This document shows, piece by piece, positions 59,844 to 64,000 of a stretch of 64,000 nucleotides of DNA. Each line of letters opens with the position of its first letter. The first letter of the stretch is position 1. Source of the DNA: Mobula hypostoma (Eukaryota); contig NC_086097.1 in NCBI RefSeq assembly GCF_963921235.1, positions 147,500,001 through 147,564,000 of the forward strand, read 5' to 3'. A program made the position numbers and the translations under genes. The notes under the pieces were generated by a model. It was not told where the DNA came from. It was given only the letters and a program-made list of their open reading frames with translations, and searched no databases.

Positions 59844-60281
59844 TCAACTTGTAGGTCCAATAGAAGAAGCTTTGGTGGTAGGGAATATCATAAGGACATA
59901 AAATAAGACAGTGACCCATGTGGTCCTGTGCTGTTCAGCCATTTTAGCCAAAATTGCTTTTAAAGTCCTGTTCATTCGTTCAACAATTCCACTGGATTGG
60001 GGTTGATAAGGGATGTAGAACCTCCATTTTACCACACACTGCTTCATTAGATTTTGCATTACCTGTGAGGTGAAAAGAGGACTTTGATCTGATTCTAGAC
60101 TCTTTGGCAATACCCAATGGGTAAAAACTGACTTGAGCAAATTCCTGGCCGTAACCTTAGCACTGTTATTCCTAGTTGGGAAAGCCTCTATCTACTTGTT
60201 GAAAGTATTCACTCTCAGTGGGATATATTTCAGTCTTCCAGGGGATGGAGTAAAGGTCCTACAAGATTAATGTGCAAGTTT
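59844..60281 (-). pseudogene. Integrase core relic of the same LTR retroelement/endogenous virus
   Basis: Reads NLHINLVGPL..NTFNK*IEAFPTRNNSAKVTARNLLKSVFTHWVLPKSLESDQSPLFTSQVMQ..PYQPQSSGIVERMNRTLK (D..D35E core). Confidence 0.9.
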
Positions 60282-60289
60282 TTGGGTGA

Positions 60290-62200
60290 GCTGAATTTGG
60301 TGCAAGAGGTCATTCGTTGGTAAAACAGTTCATGTTTTTTAAAAAGCTCCAGTCTTTTGGCTCTTTACAGCAGGTTGAAATCAGTGTAGGTCCAATAAAA
60401 GAGGGAGGTGTAAGTGGATAGACCATTGTGTGAGTGGTGGTCAGACTTTGGCTCAACAGGCTTCGGCAAGAACAGGCTTGGCCAAGCACAGGTGGAGGTT
60501 CTAAGTAAGTAAGTAATAAGGTTCCTATTAAGTATTTTTCTCTATTACTACATAGCTGGTGTTCTGGGAATGGTGGTGAAGGTTCTGTTATGTTCTTTGT
60601 GTGAGATATGGGAACTCTGAGAGACCTCTAGTCTCCCTGATAACTACATCTGCATGAAATGCACTGAGCTACAGCTCCATGGAGACCATGTTAAGCAACT
60701 GGATTTGCAGCTGGATGGCATTCAGCACACATGGCAAAATGAGGAGAAGATAGATAGGAGCTACAGGGAGTCAGGTGTCACTCCACTCTTTAAGAACGAG
60801 GGAAACAGAAGAGAGAAAATTATAGGCCAGTTAGCCTGATTTCAGTGGTTGGAAAGATTTATGAGTCTATTATTAAGGAGGTGTTTTCAGGGTACTTAGA
60901 GGCATATGATAAAAAGGACAAAATCAGCGTGGTTTTCTAAAGAAATTTTGCCTGACAGATCTGTTGGTATTCTTTGATGAAATAGTAGGCAGGATTGACA
61001 AAGAAGAGTCAGCGGATGTTGTTTACTTGGATTTTCAGAAGGCCTTTGACAAGGTGCCACACAAGAGGTTGCTTAACAAGATAAGAGCCTATGGCATTAT
61101 AGAAAAGGTAATAGCATGGATAGAAGATTGGCTGATTGGCAGGAGGCAAAGAATGGTAATAAAAGGAGCCTTTTCTGGTTGGCTACTGGTGACTAGTAGT
61201 GTGCAGTGGAGATTGGTTTGGGGCAGCTTCTTTTAACATTAAATGTCAATAATTTCAATGATGGAAGTGATGACTTTGTAGCCAAGTTTGTAGATAATAT
61301 GAAGATAGGTGGAGTTGCAGGCAGTGTTGAGGAAGCAGGAAGTCTGCAGAAGAACTTAGGCAGATTTGGGAGAATGTGCAAAGAAGTGGCACGTGGAACA
61401 TAGTGTGGGGAAGTATATAGTTATGCACTATGTCAGGAAGAATAATATCATAGACTGTTTTCTAAATGGGGAGAAAATTCAAAAATCAGAGGTGCAGAGG
61501 GACTTGGGAGTCCTCATGCAGGATTCCCTAAAGGTCAACTTGCAGGCTGAGTCAGTGATAAGGAAGGCAAATGCAATGTTAGCATTCATTTTGAGAGGAT
61601 TAAAATGTAAAAGTAAGGATGTGATACTGAGACTTTATTAGGTATTTGTCAGGATACATTTGGAATATTATGAACAGTTTTGAGCCCCTTATCTCTTATC
61701 TAAGAAAAGATGTGTTGGCATTGGAGAGGGTCCAGAGGAGAATTACGAGAATAGTCCCAAGAATGAAAGGTTTAACATATAAGGAACGTTTGATGGCTCT
61801 GAGCCTGTACTCACTGGAATTTAGAACAATGTAGGGGGATCTTATTGAAATCTATCAAATAATAAAAGGCATAGATTGAGTGGATGAGAAGTGGATATTT
61901 TGTCATTGTGGGGGAGTCTATGACCGGAGCACACAGCCTCAGAATTGAGGGATGTTCATTTAGAAGAAAGATGAGGCAAATTTCTTTAGCGAAAGGCTGA
62001 TGAATCTTTGGAATTCATTGCCAAATACAGCTGTGCAGGCCAAGACCAAGGTTCTTGATTAATCAGGACATCAAAGGTCACAGTGAGAAGGCAGGAGAAT
62101 AGGGTTGAGAGCAATAATAAATTAGCAATGATGGGATAACAGAGCAAATGTAATGGACTGAATGGCCTAACTCTACTCCTATGTCTCATGGTCTTATGGT
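60290..62200 (+). mobile_element. CR1 LINE with 5' UTR and ORF1 zinc finger fused to RT by an internal deletion
   Basis: ORF1 CSLCEIW..DNYICMKC..LQL (60570-60770) joins directly to VTPLFK (RT, about 60777). It also has VYLDFQKAFDKVPH and a tail cctatgtctcatggtcttatggt. Confidence 0.88.
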
Positions 62201-62529
62201 TAACCCATGGTCCTTCTATAGGGCGTGTGTATCCTAAAACTCAGTCAAACTACTGCAAACATATTGTCTGAGTGTATTACCACTCCCTGAAGGATATCTG
62301 TCTGGATGACTGACATCAAAAAACCATAGCAGCAAGATCTGTCGCTTCTGCACTCATTGTTTTAGGTAACTTGATCATGATACTCTCAATCTCTACTCCT
62401 TCTTCATCCTCTATGTATATACTACATTCTACATGCCTCTGTCCATCCTGAACTGATGACAATCCATCAACAAAAATCCTTAAGGAGAAAACTTCCAGTC
62501 GCATGACTTTATTTTCTTCTCCTGATTTT

Positions 62530-62805
62530 AACTAATTTGCCAGGGGGATGAGAACCGGAGTGATAATGCTGAAGACGAGATTGTTGGTTTACAAACAGAG
62601 GCAATGTGTAGTGAGGCTCCTAGCAAGGAGAGGCTAATGATAGGGCAAGATTGCAGTCGACAGGATGAGTTGCAACATAAAAGGTGGACAGAATCTAAAA
62701 GAGTGAATACAGGACTGAATGTGTTATATTTGCACAGTAAACAGAATAAGGTATATGAACTTATAGCACATATATGGATTGGCATGCATGATGTTGTAGG
62801 GGCTG
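62530..62805 (+). mobile_element. CR1 ORF1/ORF2 junction fragment
   Basis: GLNVLYLHSKQNKVYELIAHI....DVVG is the start of a CR1 APE endonuclease. Confidence 0.65.
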
Positions 62806-64000
62806 AAGGAACAGTGTTCCTTCTTTCATTACATTGCAAAGAACTGTTATTCCTTTAGCTGTCCAGTCCTTAAATCTAGCATCCAGTTTATTCAGCATAA
62901 AATCCAAGTCATATGCACACCATTTAAGAATTACAATATCTCCCTCTAGTTTATATTCTTTTATAATAGTTTTCCATATTTTAAGAGTCCATTTCACCCG
63001 TGGATTATCAATAGTATTTATGTACCTTTATAGGTTGTTACCAGCCAAAATTGCCTGTATGGGGTTGGGAAGTATCCCCTCCTCAATGTTTTTCCATTGA
63101 GCGTCATATGATGGGTTGCACCAACATATCACAGCTCTCAACTGTGCTGCAAAATAATAATCTCTAAGAGAAGGTAGATCCCATCCCCCCTTTTCCTTGG
63201 CTAATTGCAAAGTTTTGAGACGAACCCTAGGCCTTTTACCTTGCCATATATATCTTGATAGCATCTTGTTCCATTCATTGAATTGATTTTGGTTAATCTC
63301 TATTGGTAGGGTCTGAAAGAGATATAGTAGTCTGGGCAGTATATTCATTTTAATAGATTCAATCCTTGAACTGAGACCAAGAAAAGGAATTAGGTTCCAT
63401 CTTGTTATATGTCCCTTAATTTTTTTATATATAGGCTGATAATTGTATTCGGATAATTTTGCCAAATCTTTTGGCAAAATGATGCCCAAATATTTGACGG
63501 ACTCTGTTTGCCATGCCCAAGGATATCTACTTTCAATTTCTCTTGGTGGGCAATAGTTATATGACAGTAGTTGGGTTTTATCTATGTTGATCTTGTATCC
63601 TGATAATTGGCCATATTGGTCAAAGGATTGCATCAATTTAGGTAAAGGGTATGTTGGTTGTCCTAGATAGATCAAAATGTCATCCGCGTAACAGGCCAAT
63701 TTATGCTCTGTCCCTTTAATAGTAATTCCCCTGGTATCTTCATTTTGTCTGATGTATTGACCTAATGGTTTCAGGTATAATGCGATGAGTAGCAGTGACC
63801 ATGCACAACCCTGTTTCGTGCCCCTTCCTAGGATAAAACTATTTGATAAATATCCATTGATTTTAATCCTAGCAGTAGGGTTGTCATATAGTGCCTGTAT
63901 AGTTTTGTGTCATGGAAACCAAATCTACGTAAAACTCTGTAAAGAAAATTCCAATTAACCGAATCAAATGCGTTTTCAGCGTCCACGCTTATCACTATTG
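62806..64000 (-). mobile_element. L1-clade LINE ORF2 (RT) fragment, running off the window end
   Basis: Reads [59 protein letters not shown] and KGGWDLP. Confidence 0.93.

Overview
This is AT-rich vertebrate genomic DNA, intronic or intergenic. I can support no intact host gene in it. The repeat complement (two CR1-type LINE subfamilies with (TTCTATG)n and (TCTTATGG)n tails, V-SINE/HE1-like and Deu-SINE-like SINEs, Rex1, RTE, HERO/R2-type, L1 and Neptune-type Penelope elements) points to a cartilaginous fish, probably a ray; this is inference. Much of the window is nested, mostly decayed transposable elements: CR1, Rex1, RTE, L1, HERO, Penelope, Gypsy, Tc1, hAT and Chapaev. The two strongest signals are not named in the ORF track. 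(1) A decayed minus-strand endogenous virus-like element at about 57.4-60.3 kb has an integrase followed by an env-position gene whose hand-reconstructed protein looks like a class I fusion (F-type) glycoprotein: RRSKR furin site, fusion peptide, heptad repeat and Cys-rich domain. This is the lokiretrovirus-type architecture, and the gene is split by a CR1 insertion. (2) A minimal type I hammerhead ribozyme lies in the 3' end of a young Penelope element with a 12-bp TSD, and several decayed hammerhead relics are scattered through the window. Other observations include a CR1 insertion carrying a locally copied 5' segment, ~290-bp direct repeats flanking a HERO element, a second (ERV class III-like) integrase relic and several multi-level TE nestings. 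All family assignments come from motif recognition by eye, not database searches.
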